A stretch of DNA of 64,000 nt from Verrucomicrobiales bacterium (GCA_038139415.1 JAYOSV010000002.1:111697-175696), one strand, 5' to 3'. Shown: positions 1 to 10,068, counted from the stretch's first letter. Numbers and translations are program-made. The notes: generated by a model from the letters alone, not told the origin.

Positions 1-533
1 CCCTTGTCGCCGCCGGGGGTCACGACCACTTTGCCGTCGTCCACCAGCGGAGATTCACTCCAGCGCCAGCCGCTCATCATGCGGCCTTCGTAATCGTTCT
101 GGATGTTGACGCGCCAGACTTCCTTGCCTTCGGTGCTCACGCACACGAGATCACCCTGTTGGCCGAGCGCGTACACGTGGCCATTGGCAACGGTAGGAGT
201 GGAACGCGGGCCGGGATAGCCGCGGTGGCCCTTCGGTTCGCCGATGCGGCTCTTCCACTTGTGTTTGCCCTTAAGATCTAGAGCGAACAGGTAGCAGGCA
301 TCTTCCAGATCGCCGAGGGTGTACACGGTGTCGTCGGCAATCACGACGCTGGAAAAACCGGCACCAACGCCGGTGGCCTTGTATAGCAGTTTGGGACCGC
401 CTTCCGGCCATTCGGCCGCCAGGCCTTTTTCGAGATTCACGCCGTCGCGATTCGGCCCACGCCATTGGGGCCAGTCGGCGGCAAATACGCTGAGCGTCAA
501 GCCCAGCACTAGAGAGGTTGTGAGAATACGCAT
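1..533 (-). CDS. PQQ-binding-like beta-propeller protein (runs off window start; not in ORF track)
   Basis: Manual translation from ATG at 533: MRILTTSLVLGLTLSVFAADWPQWRGPNRDG...STPTVANGHVY...WSESPLVDDGKVVVTPGG; signal peptide plus the WPQWRGPNRDG signature; paralogue of the adjacent gene. Confidence 0.85.
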   Translation of the reverse strand, partial: MRILTTSLVLGLTLSVFAADWPQWRGPNRDGVNLEKGLAAEWPEGGPKLLYKATGVGAGFSSVVIADDTVYTLGDLEDACYLFALDLKGKHKWKSRIGEPKGHRGYPGPRSTPTVANGHVYALGQQGDLVCVSTEGKEVWRVNIQNDYEGRMMSGWRWSESPLVDDGKVVVTPGGDK

Positions 534-558
534 ATTTGTTTTGTTAAATGGGTGAGGG

Positions 559-2034
559 TTATTTATCGAACCGTATTTGTTGCACAATGTCGTTGGCGAT
601 GCCGAACCAGACAGTGGTGTAGGCTTCGCCTTTGGGGCCTTTCACATTCATGCCCGTGTAGCCGAGCCAGCCGCCCTGAGTCTTGTCAGCCTTGCCGAAG
701 ACTTGTTCCACAACGGCTTTGGTTTTGCCCTTATAAATGGTGTCAATGGAGGTGTCGTTCACGCTGGCCGTCCAAGGGCGGGTTTTGCCCACGGAGCCGC
801 CAAGACCGTTGCTGCCGACGACGTGGCAGTAGATGTGTTCCTGATCACGCAAATACAAGCGACCATTGGCGACCACCGGGTGGGTCCACACCTTGCCGCT
901 GCGGCTGCGGATGCTGGACTGTGGTTGCAGGCGAAATTTGCCGGCGACTCGGAAGGCGGCCGGGTTGGCTGGCACGAGGGCCACCGTGCCGTCCGATTCG
1001 TTTACGGCAATGATCATGTCATCGGCGATGGTGATGGCGCCTTTTCGCAGGGATCGGTCGCCGGTCCAGACCTCTTCGCCGTCAGACAGTTTCTGGCAGA
1101 CCAATCCGCGGCCGTCTCCGAAACCGTACACATGCTGGCCGAGTTGGATCACGCCGCCGTGGTGGTTTTGCATCACCTTGTTTTGCCAGACATCGCGCAC
1201 ACGATTGCTGGCGCCGATATTCACCACCTTGCAGCCAACGCCGTAGCCGCTGCTAATGTAGACATTGCCATTGCTGAAAATGGGTGTGGGCACCACCGCG
1301 GTGCGGCCGGGCCAAGAGGACTTCCAGAGCACATTGCCGTTGCGGGCGTCGAGGCCAACCACGTTTTGTTGGGTCAACTGGATGTACTGGCGGGCGCCGT
1401 TGTGATTGACGGCGATGACCGAGGAATATTGGGCGCCATCCTTAAACTGTTCACTGCGCCAAGCGACTTGGCCGGTTTGTTTGTTGAATGCAGCCACGGC
1501 GCCCTGACTACCGCCGGGGGTGGCAATCACGAGGTTGCCATCGACCAACACGCTCTCGGTGTAACCCCAGCCGGGCGTCTTGCCGCCGAGCCGGTTCATG
1601 CTGGTCTGCCATTGGATGCGGCCATTGAGATCGGTGCAGATCAGATTGCCCTGACCGCCCATGGCGTAAATGCGGGAGCCATCCACCGAGGGCGTGCCTC
1701 GCGGGCCGCCGCCCCAGTTGTTTTTGAGCTCGGGCCCGATGTTGGCGGCCCATTGTTCTCGGCCGGTGCGGGCATCCAGACAGATGAGCTGCTCAGTGCC
1801 TCGGCGGGAGCCCATGGTGTAAAGCTTGCCGTTGGCGATGGAGAAACTGGAATAACCGGTGCCGGCATTGCTGAAGATCCAAGCGCGCGCTGGTCCGGCT
1901 GCCGGCCAGCTTTTTAGTAGACCCGTTTCCTTGCTGACCCCGTCACGGTTTGGGCCGCGCCATTGCGGCCAATCGAGGGCAGAGAGAGTTTGTAGGCCTA
2001 GGGTCCACGTCAGGAGAATGAAAGTCGTGCGCAT
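559..2034 (-). CDS. PQQ-binding-like beta-propeller protein with extra C-terminal domain
   Basis: Signal peptide, DWPQWRGPNRDG, repeated propeller blades, WTHPVVANGRLYLRDQ; ~80 aa C-terminal extension. Confidence 0.85.
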   Translation of the reverse strand: MRTTFILLTWTLGLQTLSALDWPQWRGPNRDGVSKETGLLKSWPAAGPARAWIFSNAGTGYSSFSIANGKLYTMGSRRGTEQLICLDARTGREQWAANIGPELKNNWGGGPRGTPSVDGSRIYAMGGQGNLICTDLNGRIQWQTSMNRLGGKTPGWGYTESVLVDGNLVIATPGGSQGAVAAFNKQTGQVAWRSEQFKDGAQYSSVIAVNHNGARQYIQLTQQNVVGLDARNGNVLWKSSWPGRTAVVPTPIFSNGNVYISSGYGVGCKVVNIGASNRVRDVWQNKVMQNHHGGVIQLGQHVYGFGDGRGLVCQKLSDGEEVWTGDRSLRKGAITIADDMIIAVNESDGTVALVPANPAAFRVAGKFRLQPQSSIRSRSGKVWTHPVVANGRLYLRDQEHIYCHVVGSNGLGGSVGKTRPWTASVNDTSIDTIYKGKTKAVVEQVFGKADKTQGGWLGYTGMNVKGPKGEAYTTVWFGIANDIVQQIRFDK

Positions 2035-2096
2035 GGTCAAAGGTTGGTGATTGGATACGTTGAATCGTGGAGGGATTCAACCAAATTGCACACAAT

Positions 2097-2666
2097 TTAC
2101 AGTCCCAACCGAACGGCCCGGTCATTGAGCTGGGCCTGCCATTTTTGCAAGTAACTGTATTGGTGAAAGAGTTTCTCAAGGGTCTCGCAATCCCACTGGG
2201 CATTGAGCCCGCGTGCTGCTGCGTCGAGAGCCTGTAATTCCTGTTGAATGCGACTGAGCAAGGCGTTGGTTTTTTCCAGCCAATCCAGGGCTTGAGGAAA
2301 GGATTGGGCCTTCAGGAGTGGGGATGTCTCAGCCTCTCGTTTGGCGAGAAAGGTGTCGATGGGCCTCAGGAGCTGGCCGACTTCAAGAAAGAGATCGGCG
2401 GTCTCGGGCAAGATATCGTGGACCTCCTCCGGTTTCTGACCGCGCTCCAAGGTCAGTAAATGCTGCAGGCGGCGCTTGGAATCGCGTAAGGTGTCGTGCG
2501 CCAGATTCAATTCGGCAAACCGGGCCTGGGCCGAATCCTTCTCGGCCGGGTCCATAAATTTGTCCGGATGCGTGGCAGTTGAGCGTATTAGAAAGGCTTG
2601 CTTGAGCGCGTCCGGTTCCAGCCATGGTTGGCGCGGCAACTCCAGCAGCGCGAAGGCGTCGGTCAT
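2097..2666 (-). CDS. hscB: HscB-like J-domain co-chaperone
   Basis: N-terminal DAFALLELP, HPDKF J-domain motif, LNxAHxTL..RL, helical C-domain; overlaps the iscA-family stop. Confidence 0.7.
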   Translation of the reverse strand: MTDAFALLELPRQPWLEPDALKQAFLIRSTATHPDKFMDPAEKDSAQARFAELNLAHDTLRDSKRRLQHLLTLERGQKPEEVHDILPETADLFLEVGQLLRPIDTFLAKREAETSPLLKAQSFPQALDWLEKTNALLSRIQQELQALDAAARGLNAQWDCETLEKLFHQYSYLQKWQAQLNDRAVRLGL

Positions 2667-3052
2667 GCGCTGAAACTTTCGCCGCAGGAACAGGAGGTGG
2701 CGGCGTTGGGATTGTTGACCTTAAAACCCGATTCCTCCAGACCGCTTTGATAATCCAGCTCGCTACCGGTGACATACAGCGCGCTCTTGGGGTCCACCAC
2801 CACGCGCACGCCCCGGCTCTCCACGAGAATGTCGCGATTGGCTGGGCTATCCTGCAAATCCATTTTGTACTGCAGACCGCTGCAGCCGCCGCCCATCACC
2901 GCCACGCGCAGAACGCCATCAGGGCGGCCTTGGCGCTGGAGTAGGGCGGTTACTTTATCCGCCGCGCTGGAGGTCAGCTTCACCAGACGCTCGTCGCCCG
3001 TACGGTATTTGACGTCGCTACTGGATTCGGTTTTGCGTTTACCTGCAAGCAC
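2663..3052 (-). CDS. A-type Fe-S carrier (IscA/ErpA/HesB family)
   Basis: GGGCSGLQY and NPNAATSCSCGESF motifs; GTG start. Confidence 0.92.
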   Translation of the reverse strand: MLAGKRKTESSSDVKYRTGDERLVKLTSSAADKVTALLQRQGRPDGVLRVAVMGGGCSGLQYKMDLQDSPANRDILVESRGVRVVVDPKSALYVTGSELDYQSGLEESGFKVNNPNAATSCSCGESFSA

Positions 3053-3127
3053 GTGGCGATTTTAAGGCAGAGTGCCGTATGAATAAAGCATTTCAAAACG
3101 CAATCTTTTTTGGGAAGCTTTCCGCCG

Positions 3128-5257
3128 ATGAAACGCTTCCTGCTTTCATTTCTGATTCTGACCGCTGGCGTTCTCCATGCGCAGGACGCGCTTGGCACCT
3201 TGCTGGGGCCGCCGGACGATGATTTCTCGGCCAAGACTAAGGTTGATTTGTTGGTGGAACTGGCTGAAGTCAAGCCGGGCACCATCGTGACGGTAGGCCT
3301 GCATCTTCGTATGCCCGAGAAATGGCATACCTATTGGAACAACCCCGGTGATAGCGGCGATTCCACCAAAATGACTTGGGAGAACCTTCCGGAAGGCATC
3401 ACCGCCGGCGCGATTCAATGGCCGGTGCCGGAGAAGGTGGAATGGCTGGGGATGTTCACCTACGCCTACCATCACGACGTCTTGTTGATGATTCCCTTGA
3501 AGCTTTCTGCCGATGTAAAGCCGGGCGAATATGAGCTTAAAGGCAAAGTGGAATGGCTGGAGTGCGAGGAGTCATGTCTGCCCGGTGATAAACAAGTGTC
3601 GGCGACTCTGGTTGTGGGTAAGAACGCCGAGTCGGGGCTGAATGCGGATTTGTTTGAGACCTGGCGAAAGAAGCTGCCCGACGCTAAAGCGTTGCCGGCG
3701 ATCTCGGCCCGTTGGAGAGGCAAACCCGTGGAAGGCAAGCGCGAGATTGCCATTGAGGCGCCATTTGGCAAAGGCGCCGTGGTGGCGTTTATCCCGGACG
3801 CTACTGAGAGCAAGGCGTGGAAGATTTCCCATGACTCCGTGCAGGTCATTGAGGCGGAGAACACGTTGATCCGGAAAACAGTGGAGAGCAAGCAAGGCGA
3901 ATGGCCCGCAGTAATCTCCGGGGTGTTGCGTGTGGAACTGGATGGAGCGGTGCAGGGATATCGGACCGAAGTGCAGATCGGGGACGGCGAGGAAACGGCG
4001 GGCAGTACGGTGACTGCGGAGCCGATTCAATCGATCTGGTTAATTTTGGGCGGCGCGTTTTTGGGCGGACTAATCTTGAACATCATGCCCTGCGTGCTGC
4101 CAGTGATTTCCTTGAAGATCCTTGGATTCGTTCAGCAAAGTCAGGAATCGCCTGAGCGTGTACGCAAGCTGGGGCTGACGTATGCGCTGGGTGTGTGGGC
4201 ATCATTTCTGGCACTGGCCGGCGTGTTGATTTCAGCTAAGAACTCCACGCAAATGGCGTCGTGGGGAATGCAGATGCAAAGCCCGTACTTCAATCTGGTG
4301 CTGTTGCTCGTGGTGGTGCTTGTGGCGCTAAACTTGTTTGGAGTGTTTGAAGTGGCCTTGGGCGGCAGCACGATGACTAAGGCTAGCGAGTTATCCAGCC
4401 GGGAAGGATTTATGGGAGCCTTTTTTAATGGCGTGCTGGCCACCGCGTTGGCCACCCCGTGCACGGCACCGTTTCTGGCGGGTGCAATGGGCGTGGCATT
4501 GACGCAGGGGCAGGGGACGATTATTGCGGCGATGAGCGCCGTGGCGTTTGGCTTGGCCTCCCCCTATGTGATCCTGAGCTTCCGGCCTGATTGGCTGAGG
4601 TTTCTGCCAAAACCGGGCGAATGGATGGTGCAGTTTAAAATGATCATGGGCTTCCCGATGTTGGCGGCCGGTGTTTGGATTCTCTCCTTCACCGGACCGA
4701 TGTTCGGTAAGGCCGGTGTGTTATGGCTGGGAGTGCTATTGGTGTTTGTGGCGCTGGCAGCGTGGGTGTTTGGGGAATTCAAGCAACGCGCGGCCTCAAT
4801 GAGTCTCAGGCCGCTGGTGGCTTGCGGCGTGTTGTTGTTTTCCGGATACGGTTTGGCGATGGAATGGGGATTAGACTGGCGCCAGACACGGGATGATTCC
4901 ATCAAATGGGCGGCTTGGAGCCCGGAAGCCGAGCAGGAGGCACGGGCCGCGGGTAAACCGGTGCTGATTGATTTCACGGCGGACTGGTGCATTACCTGTA
5001 AGGCAAACAAGCGGACCTCCATCGAGATTGAATCCGTACGCGCCATGTTGAAGGAAAAGGGCGTCGTGGCAATGACGGGCGATTACACCAACAAGGATCC
5101 GCGCATCACCAAGGTGCTGCATGACCACCGCCGCTCGGGCGTTCCGTTGGTGCTGGTTTATTCACCGGGTGAGGATAAACCGGAGGTATTGCCGGTGATG
5201 TTGACACCTCAAATTGTCTTGGATGCTTTGGAGAATGCTGGTAAGCCTTCACCCTGA
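3128..5257 (+). CDS. dsbD: Thiol:disulfide interchange protein DsbD
   Basis: N-domain WHTYWxNPGDSG and CEESC; TM domain MPCVLP / ATPCTAP; thioredoxin FTADWCITC. Confidence 0.9.
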   Translation: MKRFLLSFLILTAGVLHAQDALGTLLGPPDDDFSAKTKVDLLVELAEVKPGTIVTVGLHLRMPEKWHTYWNNPGDSGDSTKMTWENLPEGITAGAIQWPVPEKVEWLGMFTYAYHHDVLLMIPLKLSADVKPGEYELKGKVEWLECEESCLPGDKQVSATLVVGKNAESGLNADLFETWRKKLPDAKALPAISARWRGKPVEGKREIAIEAPFGKGAVVAFIPDATESKAWKISHDSVQVIEAENTLIRKTVESKQGEWPAVISGVLRVELDGAVQGYRTEVQIGDGEETAGSTVTAEPIQSIWLILGGAFLGGLILNIMPCVLPVISLKILGFVQQSQESPERVRKLGLTYALGVWASFLALAGVLISAKNSTQMASWGMQMQSPYFNLVLLLVVVLVALNLFGVFEVALGGSTMTKASELSSREGFMGAFFNGVLATALATPCTAPFLAGAMGVALTQGQGTIIAAMSAVAFGLASPYVILSFRPDWLRFLPKPGEWMVQFKMIMGFPMLAAGVWILSFTGPMFGKAGVLWLGVLLVFVALAAWVFGEFKQRAASMSLRPLVACGVLLFSGYGLAMEWGLDWRQTRDDSIKWAAWSPEAEQEARAAGKPVLIDFTADWCITCKANKRTSIEIESVRAMLKEKGVVAMTGDYTNKDPRITKVLHDHRRSGVPLVLVYSPGEDKPEVLPVMLTPQIVLDALENAGKPSP

Positions 5258-5282
5258 TTTCGTTAGGGAGGGCGAACCCATT

Positions 5283-6380
5283 ATGATCCAGATCAAATCC
5301 GTTTTATTGGCGGTCGTGTTGTGCGTGGCTATGGGCTGCCGTGCAGTGGGGCCGACTTCGCTGCAGCAAACGCATCCGCAATATAACCACGCCATCTCGC
5401 GCAGTCTCGACGAGCAGTTTCTGCTGAATCTCGTGCGGTTGAAATATCGTGACAACCCGTACTTCCTTGGCGTGGCAAGCGTGACCACACAGCAGTCGGT
5501 GGAGAGCGACGTCAGTGCGAGTGTGAAGCTAATTCGCGGTGGCGACACGCTGACCCCCTCGGCCGGCATCACGTATAAGGAAACGCCGACCATTTCGTAT
5601 TCGCCCCTCAGTGGGGATCAATTTCTAAAACAAATCCTGTCACCCGTGCCGCTGGAGGCCGTGTTGATCCTGACACAAAGCGGCTGGAGCGTGCAGCGGG
5701 TGGTTAGCGTGTGCGTGGAACGTGCGAACGGACTGGACAACGCTAGTAATGCCTCGGGCCCCACGCCGACTCGCGAGCCGCGCTTCGAGCAGTTTGCTGA
5801 GATGACGGAGATCTTGCGTGAACTGCAGGTGGCCGATGCCCTGGAACTGGGTGCAGCAACATGTGAGCCGGATGCAGACGGGCATATGAAGGAGGGACAC
5901 GATCTGGTGTTGCAGCTTAAGCCCGGGGCCCCGACCGATAGCGTGGCGCGGCTCAAGGAATTGCTTGGCGTGCAGGGCGCGGGCGATCAGCTGAGGTTGA
6001 CCAATGACTTCCTGAACCGTCCGAAGGACGGCTTAGCTGTACGCACGCGCTCGATGATGGGGATTCTTTTTTATCTCTCGCACAACGCCGAAGTGCCGCC
6101 GCCGCATCAGGCTGCTGGATTGGTCACTCAGACGCAATCGGCCGAAGGCAAAGTCTTTGACTGGAACGAAGTGACCGGAGGACTCTTTCGGGTGCGCTCT
6201 TCCACAAGCCGTCCGGCCAATGCGTTTGTGGCCGTGCCGTATCGTGGAGCGTGGTTTTACATTGCGGACAATGATCTGGAGAGCAAGAGCACATTCATGC
6301 TGCTGACGCAGCTCTTCAATCTGCAGGCTGGTCAGATCAAGACGGTTGCTCCAGCACTGACCATTGGGGTGGGTGGATAA
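5283..6380 (+). CDS. Conserved-looking hypothetical lipoprotein
   Basis: Lipobox AMGC after hydrophobic stretch; SD-like GGGAGG upstream; long ORF filling the gap before purE. Confidence 0.7.
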   Translation: MIQIKSVLLAVVLCVAMGCRAVGPTSLQQTHPQYNHAISRSLDEQFLLNLVRLKYRDNPYFLGVASVTTQQSVESDVSASVKLIRGGDTLTPSAGITYKETPTISYSPLSGDQFLKQILSPVPLEAVLILTQSGWSVQRVVSVCVERANGLDNASNASGPTPTREPRFEQFAEMTEILRELQVADALELGAATCEPDADGHMKEGHDLVLQLKPGAPTDSVARLKELLGVQGAGDQLRLTNDFLNRPKDGLAVRTRSMMGILFYLSHNAEVPPPHQAAGLVTQTQSAEGKVFDWNEVTGGLFRVRSSTSRPANAFVAVPYRGAWFYIADNDLESKSTFMLLTQLFNLQAGQIKTVAPALTIGVGG

Positions 6381-6439
6381 GCTGTTGATGACTGGTGGTT
6401 GAAGCCATTGGTGGCCTTCGGTAGGTTCCCGCCCGAATC

Positions 6440-6943
6440 ATGAGCGAGGAAACCAAACCCCTGGTTGGCGTGATCATGGGCAGTCACTCAGACTGGTCCG
6501 TGATGGAGAACTGTGCAAAGCAACTTAAAGACCTCGGCGTGCCGTACGAGGCCAAGGTCATTTCGGCGCACCGTACCCCGGAGCTGTTACATCGTTGGGT
6601 GAATGCCTCAACCGAAAACGGCATGGAGGTCATCATTGCTGCTGCCGGCGGCGCGGCCCATTTGGCCGGCGTGACCGCAGCCATTACTTCGGTGCCGGTG
6701 CTGGCGGTGCCGATGAAGGCCTGGAGCACGGAAGGCTTGGATTCGCTACTATCTATGGTGCAAATGCCCGGCGGCGTGCCGGTCGGCACTCTGGCGGTCG
6801 GCAAGCCTGGTGCGAAAAACGCGGCTTTGCTCGCCACGGCCATTCTCGGTAACAAATATCCTGAGTACAAAAAGGCCTACGAAGATTTCCGGACGCAACA
6901 GACGGCTGACGGTGAGGCGAATCAGGATTTGCCGGCGGTCTAA
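6440..6943 (+). CDS. purE: N5-CAIR mutase
   Basis: VIMGSxSDW, SAHRTP, AGGAAHLAG, SMVQMPGGVPV. Confidence 0.97.
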   Translation: MSEETKPLVGVIMGSHSDWSVMENCAKQLKDLGVPYEAKVISAHRTPELLHRWVNASTENGMEVIIAAAGGAAHLAGVTAAITSVPVLAVPMKAWSTEGLDSLLSMVQMPGGVPVGTLAVGKPGAKNAALLATAILGNKYPEYKKAYEDFRTQQTADGEANQDLPAV

Positions 6944-7044
6944 CAATTTTTGCGTAGGACAATTTTTTACTGGTGGCTTCGATGTGGGAGGGCTAGGAAA
7001 GGGCCGTTCCCACACGCAGACCCGAACCCATAAATAAACCGACG

Positions 7045-7992
7045 GTGAAAATCTTTGCGGGCAGATCCAACCGAGCATTGGCTGAGGCCATTTGTGAATC
7101 TATTGATGTGCCCTTAGGTAAGGTGCTACTGCGTGACTTCCCAAACGGCGAGACCTTCGCTCGCATTGAGGAAAACGTCCGTGGAGAGGACACCTATGTC
7201 GTGCAGAGCACGTGCCCGCCGGTGAATCAGAATATGATGGAGCTATTCATCATGATTGATGCCCTTCGCCGCGCCAGTGCTAATCGGATCACCGCCGTGC
7301 TGCCTTTCTACGGCTACGCCCGGCAGGATCGTAAAGACCAGCCGCGTGTTCCTATTAGCGCCAAGCTGGTGGCAAACCTGCTGGTCAGCGCCGGCGCCAA
7401 TCGGGTGCTCACGGTCGATCTACATGCCCAACAGATCCAAGGCTTCTTCGATATTCCGGTGGACCATCTTTATGCGGCTCCGGTGATGTTCGATTATCTC
7501 AAGACCATGGATTTGGGCGAACAAATCGCTGTCGTCAGCCCGGATGTTGGCGGCATTAAGATGGCGCACGCCTATTCCCAGCTGTTGCACGCCGATCTGG
7601 CCATCGTGGCCAAACGGCGTATGAGTGACACCGAAATCGAGACCGTATCGGTCATCGGCAAGGTTCGGGATAAAACCGTCGTTTTGGTGGATGACCTCAC
7701 TGAAACGGCTGGAACACTGGTTTCCGCAGCCAAAATTCTACGGCGCCGGGGCGCCAAACGCATCATTGCGGTGGTTTCCCACGCAGTTTTGAATGATTTG
7801 GGAATCAAAAGATTGCGCAAATCTAACATTGACGAACTAATTACGACTGATACTGTTCCCCGCCCCCCAATCGAAGGGGTGAAATTCACCACCTGCTCGG
7901 TGGCGGGTTTGTTGGGTGAGGCGATCAAGCGAATTCACACGAATTCCTCGGTGACCTCGCTGTTTGAGTTTGACGGGATACGAATAGGATAA
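7045..7992 (+). CDS. prs: Ribose-phosphate pyrophosphokinase
   Basis: FPNGE, YGYARQDRK, DLHAxQIQGFF, VSPDVGG, VDDLTETAGTL. Confidence 0.97.
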   Translation: MKIFAGRSNRALAEAICESIDVPLGKVLLRDFPNGETFARIEENVRGEDTYVVQSTCPPVNQNMMELFIMIDALRRASANRITAVLPFYGYARQDRKDQPRVPISAKLVANLLVSAGANRVLTVDLHAQQIQGFFDIPVDHLYAAPVMFDYLKTMDLGEQIAVVSPDVGGIKMAHAYSQLLHADLAIVAKRRMSDTEIETVSVIGKVRDKTVVLVDDLTETAGTLVSAAKILRRRGAKRIIAVVSHAVLNDLGIKRLRKSNIDELITTDTVPRPPIEGVKFTTCSVAGLLGEAIKRIHTNSSVTSLFEFDGIRIG

Positions 7993-8633
7993 TGAACGCA
8001 GTCGAATTAGAAGCACAGCCACGCGAAACCAAAAAGCGCAACCGGAACAAGGCCTCCCGCGAGGCCGGTCGAATTCCGGGCGTCGTCTACGGTGGTGGCG
8101 AAGAAAAAAATTCACTGGTGGAAGTGGATGAAAAAACCTTTGGGCGCGTTATGGATAGCGCCTCCTCCGACACCGTGTTGTTGAATTTGAAGGTGGGCGA
8201 TGCCAGCCGTTTGGCTCTTGTGCAGGAAGTGCAGCATCATCCTGTGAGCCGCAAACCGCTCCATGTGGATTTCCGGGAAGTGAAGCCCGACCAAAGCGTG
8301 ATCGTTACCCTGCCGACCGTGCCTGTGGGTGAAGCGGTTGGCGTGAAGACCGGTGGCGGCACTTTGGAGCACGTGCTCCGTTATATTAAAGTGAAGGGTA
8401 CCCCGTCCTCGCTTCCTGAATCCATTGAAGTGGACGTTGCCGCTCTTGACATTGGCCAAACTCTTCACGTGAGCGATGTGGCCACGGCCGATGGTGTAGA
8501 GCTGTTAGGCAATGCGAGCAATCCTGTGATTTCCATCTCCAAACCCCGCGTATCTGGCAAGGACAAGGCCAATGATGAGGAAGCCGCGGCTGAGGGTGAC
8601 GCCGAAGGTGAAGGAGAGGCCGCGGCCGAATAG
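7992..8633 (+). CDS. rplY: 50S ribosomal protein L25/Ctc
   Basis: GRIPGVVYG, QEVQHHPV..HVDF, C-terminal Ctc domain; between prs and pth. Confidence 0.95.
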   Translation: MNAVELEAQPRETKKRNRNKASREAGRIPGVVYGGGEEKNSLVEVDEKTFGRVMDSASSDTVLLNLKVGDASRLALVQEVQHHPVSRKPLHVDFREVKPDQSVIVTLPTVPVGEAVGVKTGGGTLEHVLRYIKVKGTPSSLPESIEVDVAALDIGQTLHVSDVATADGVELLGNASNPVISISKPRVSGKDKANDEEAAAEGDAEGEGEAAAE

Positions 8634-8650
8634 TGCCGCTAGGATGAGCC

Positions 8651-9265
8651 ATGGCCGAGGCTCATCTCATTGCTGGTCTTGGGAATCCGGGAGCGAAGTA
8701 CGACCACACCCGACACAACATCGGGTTTCGTGTCTTGGAAGAACTGGCCTTGGCTTGGGGCGGAACGTGGTCTGAAGAGAAAAAATTTAAGGCCCGCATG
8801 AGCCGGGCTGCGGTGAATAGCAAGACCATTCACCTCTGCCAGCCGCAGACGTTCATGAACCTCAGCGGCGAAGCAGTTGGGGCTGTGGGTGATTATTATA
8901 AAATCACCCCCACCCGAGTGCTGGTGATTGTGGACGACACCGAACAGCCATTTGGGCAAATCCGTTTGCGGGCCGGTGGTGGAACCGGCGGCCACAACGG
9001 ACTCAGCTCAGTGGAGCAGCATTTGGGCACTGCGGATTATCCGCGTTTGCGGATAGGGATAGGGCGTCCGTCCGCCGGGCGCGATATGAGTGCGCATGTG
9101 CTGGGCCGGTTTGCGGCGGGTGAAACAGGATGCTTGGAGCGCGTGCTCCAGCGCGTTCGCAAACAGGTGGAATGCTGGTTACAGCAGGACATCGCCATGG
9201 CGATGAATGAATTTAACGGAAAAATAGATCTCCCAGACGAGACAACTGAGAAAGAAACAACGTGA
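8651..9265 (+). CDS. pth: Peptidyl-tRNA hydrolase
   Basis: GLGNPG..YxxTRHNIGF, PQTFMNLSG, GGHNGL, RLRIGIGRP. Confidence 0.97.
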   Translation: MAEAHLIAGLGNPGAKYDHTRHNIGFRVLEELALAWGGTWSEEKKFKARMSRAAVNSKTIHLCQPQTFMNLSGEAVGAVGDYYKITPTRVLVIVDDTEQPFGQIRLRAGGGTGGHNGLSSVEQHLGTADYPRLRIGIGRPSAGRDMSAHVLGRFAAGETGCLERVLQRVRKQVECWLQQDIAMAMNEFNGKIDLPDETTEKETT

Positions 9266-9561
9266 AACAATACGAAGGCTTGTTCATCCTCGACACGGAC
9301 ACCAGCGGTGCCACCGTGGACGACATTATTAAGGCCATTGGCGAACTGATCAAGGAAGCCGGTGGTAAAGTGACCAATGAGCAGAAGCTCGACCGGCGCT
9401 CGTTTGCCCGCGTGGCTGACAAGAAGCACAGTGGCGGCTTTTACATGAGCCTCCACTTCGAACTGGAAGCCAGTGCGCTAGAAGGTTTCAGGTTAGCCCT
9501 TCGTAAACGCAAAGAGGTGTTCCGCACCCAAATCACTCTGGTCGATCCGGTCGCAGCCTAA
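9262..9561 (+). CDS. rpsF: 30S ribosomal protein S6
   Basis: MKQYEGLFIL start, size and position before ssb. Confidence 0.92.
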   Translation: MKQYEGLFILDTDTSGATVDDIIKAIGELIKEAGGKVTNEQKLDRRSFARVADKKHSGGFYMSLHFELEASALEGFRLALRKRKEVFRTQITLVDPVAA

Positions 9562-9579
9562 CCCAAACCCTTTGTCGCC

Positions 9580-10041
9580 ATGCCGAACTACAATAAAGTG
9601 ATCCTGATGGGTAACCTGACCCGCGATCCGGAAGTGCGTTACACTTCAAGCGGGACCGCCATCGCAAAACTCGGCATGGCTATCAACCGTCACTGGCGTA
9701 ATCAGGACGGTCAGCAACAGGAAGAAACCACCTTTGTGGATGTGGATGCCTTCGGCCGTCAGGCCGAGACTATCGGCCAATACCTGAAAAAGGGACGGCC
9801 AATAATGGTTGAGGGCCGACTGAAGTTGGACCAATGGGAAGACAAGCAGACCGGGCAGAAGCGCAGTAAAATGGGGGTGACCCTCGAAAACTTTCAATTT
9901 CTCGATTCCCGCGGCGAAGGCGGCGGCAATGCAGGGAGTGGGGGAGGTAATTTCGGTGGCGGCGGCGCTCCTGCATCGGGCGGTGCGGCTCCGGCGGCCG
10001 GTGGCGGCGGGTTTGCCGAAGACGACGATGTGCCGTTTTAA
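9580..10041 (+). CDS. ssb: Single-stranded DNA-binding protein
   Basis: NKVILMGNLTRDPE, Gly-rich linker, DDVPF tail. Confidence 0.98.
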   Translation: MPNYNKVILMGNLTRDPEVRYTSSGTAIAKLGMAINRHWRNQDGQQQEETTFVDVDAFGRQAETIGQYLKKGRPIMVEGRLKLDQWEDKQTGQKRSKMGVTLENFQFLDSRGEGGGNAGSGGGNFGGGGAPASGGAAPAAGGGGFAEDDDVPF

Positions 10042-10068
10042 TTTTAATCCACTTAACTGAACACAATT

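Noticed and set aside
577..1917. 446-aa plus-strand ORF; similar long antisense ORFs at 20764-21984, 39723-40820 and 46409-47218
   Set aside because: Each fully overlaps a well-supported gene on the opposite strand and has no motifs; these are expected shadows in GC-rich coding DNA
2059..2081. Inverted repeat GTTGAATC-N7-GATTCAAC upstream of the propeller gene
   Set aside because: Single occurrence, no U tract and no recognisable consensus; cannot be separated from chance
6944..7044. Gap before prs, where a tRNA-Gln often lies
   Set aside because: No cloverleaf, T-loop or CCA visible
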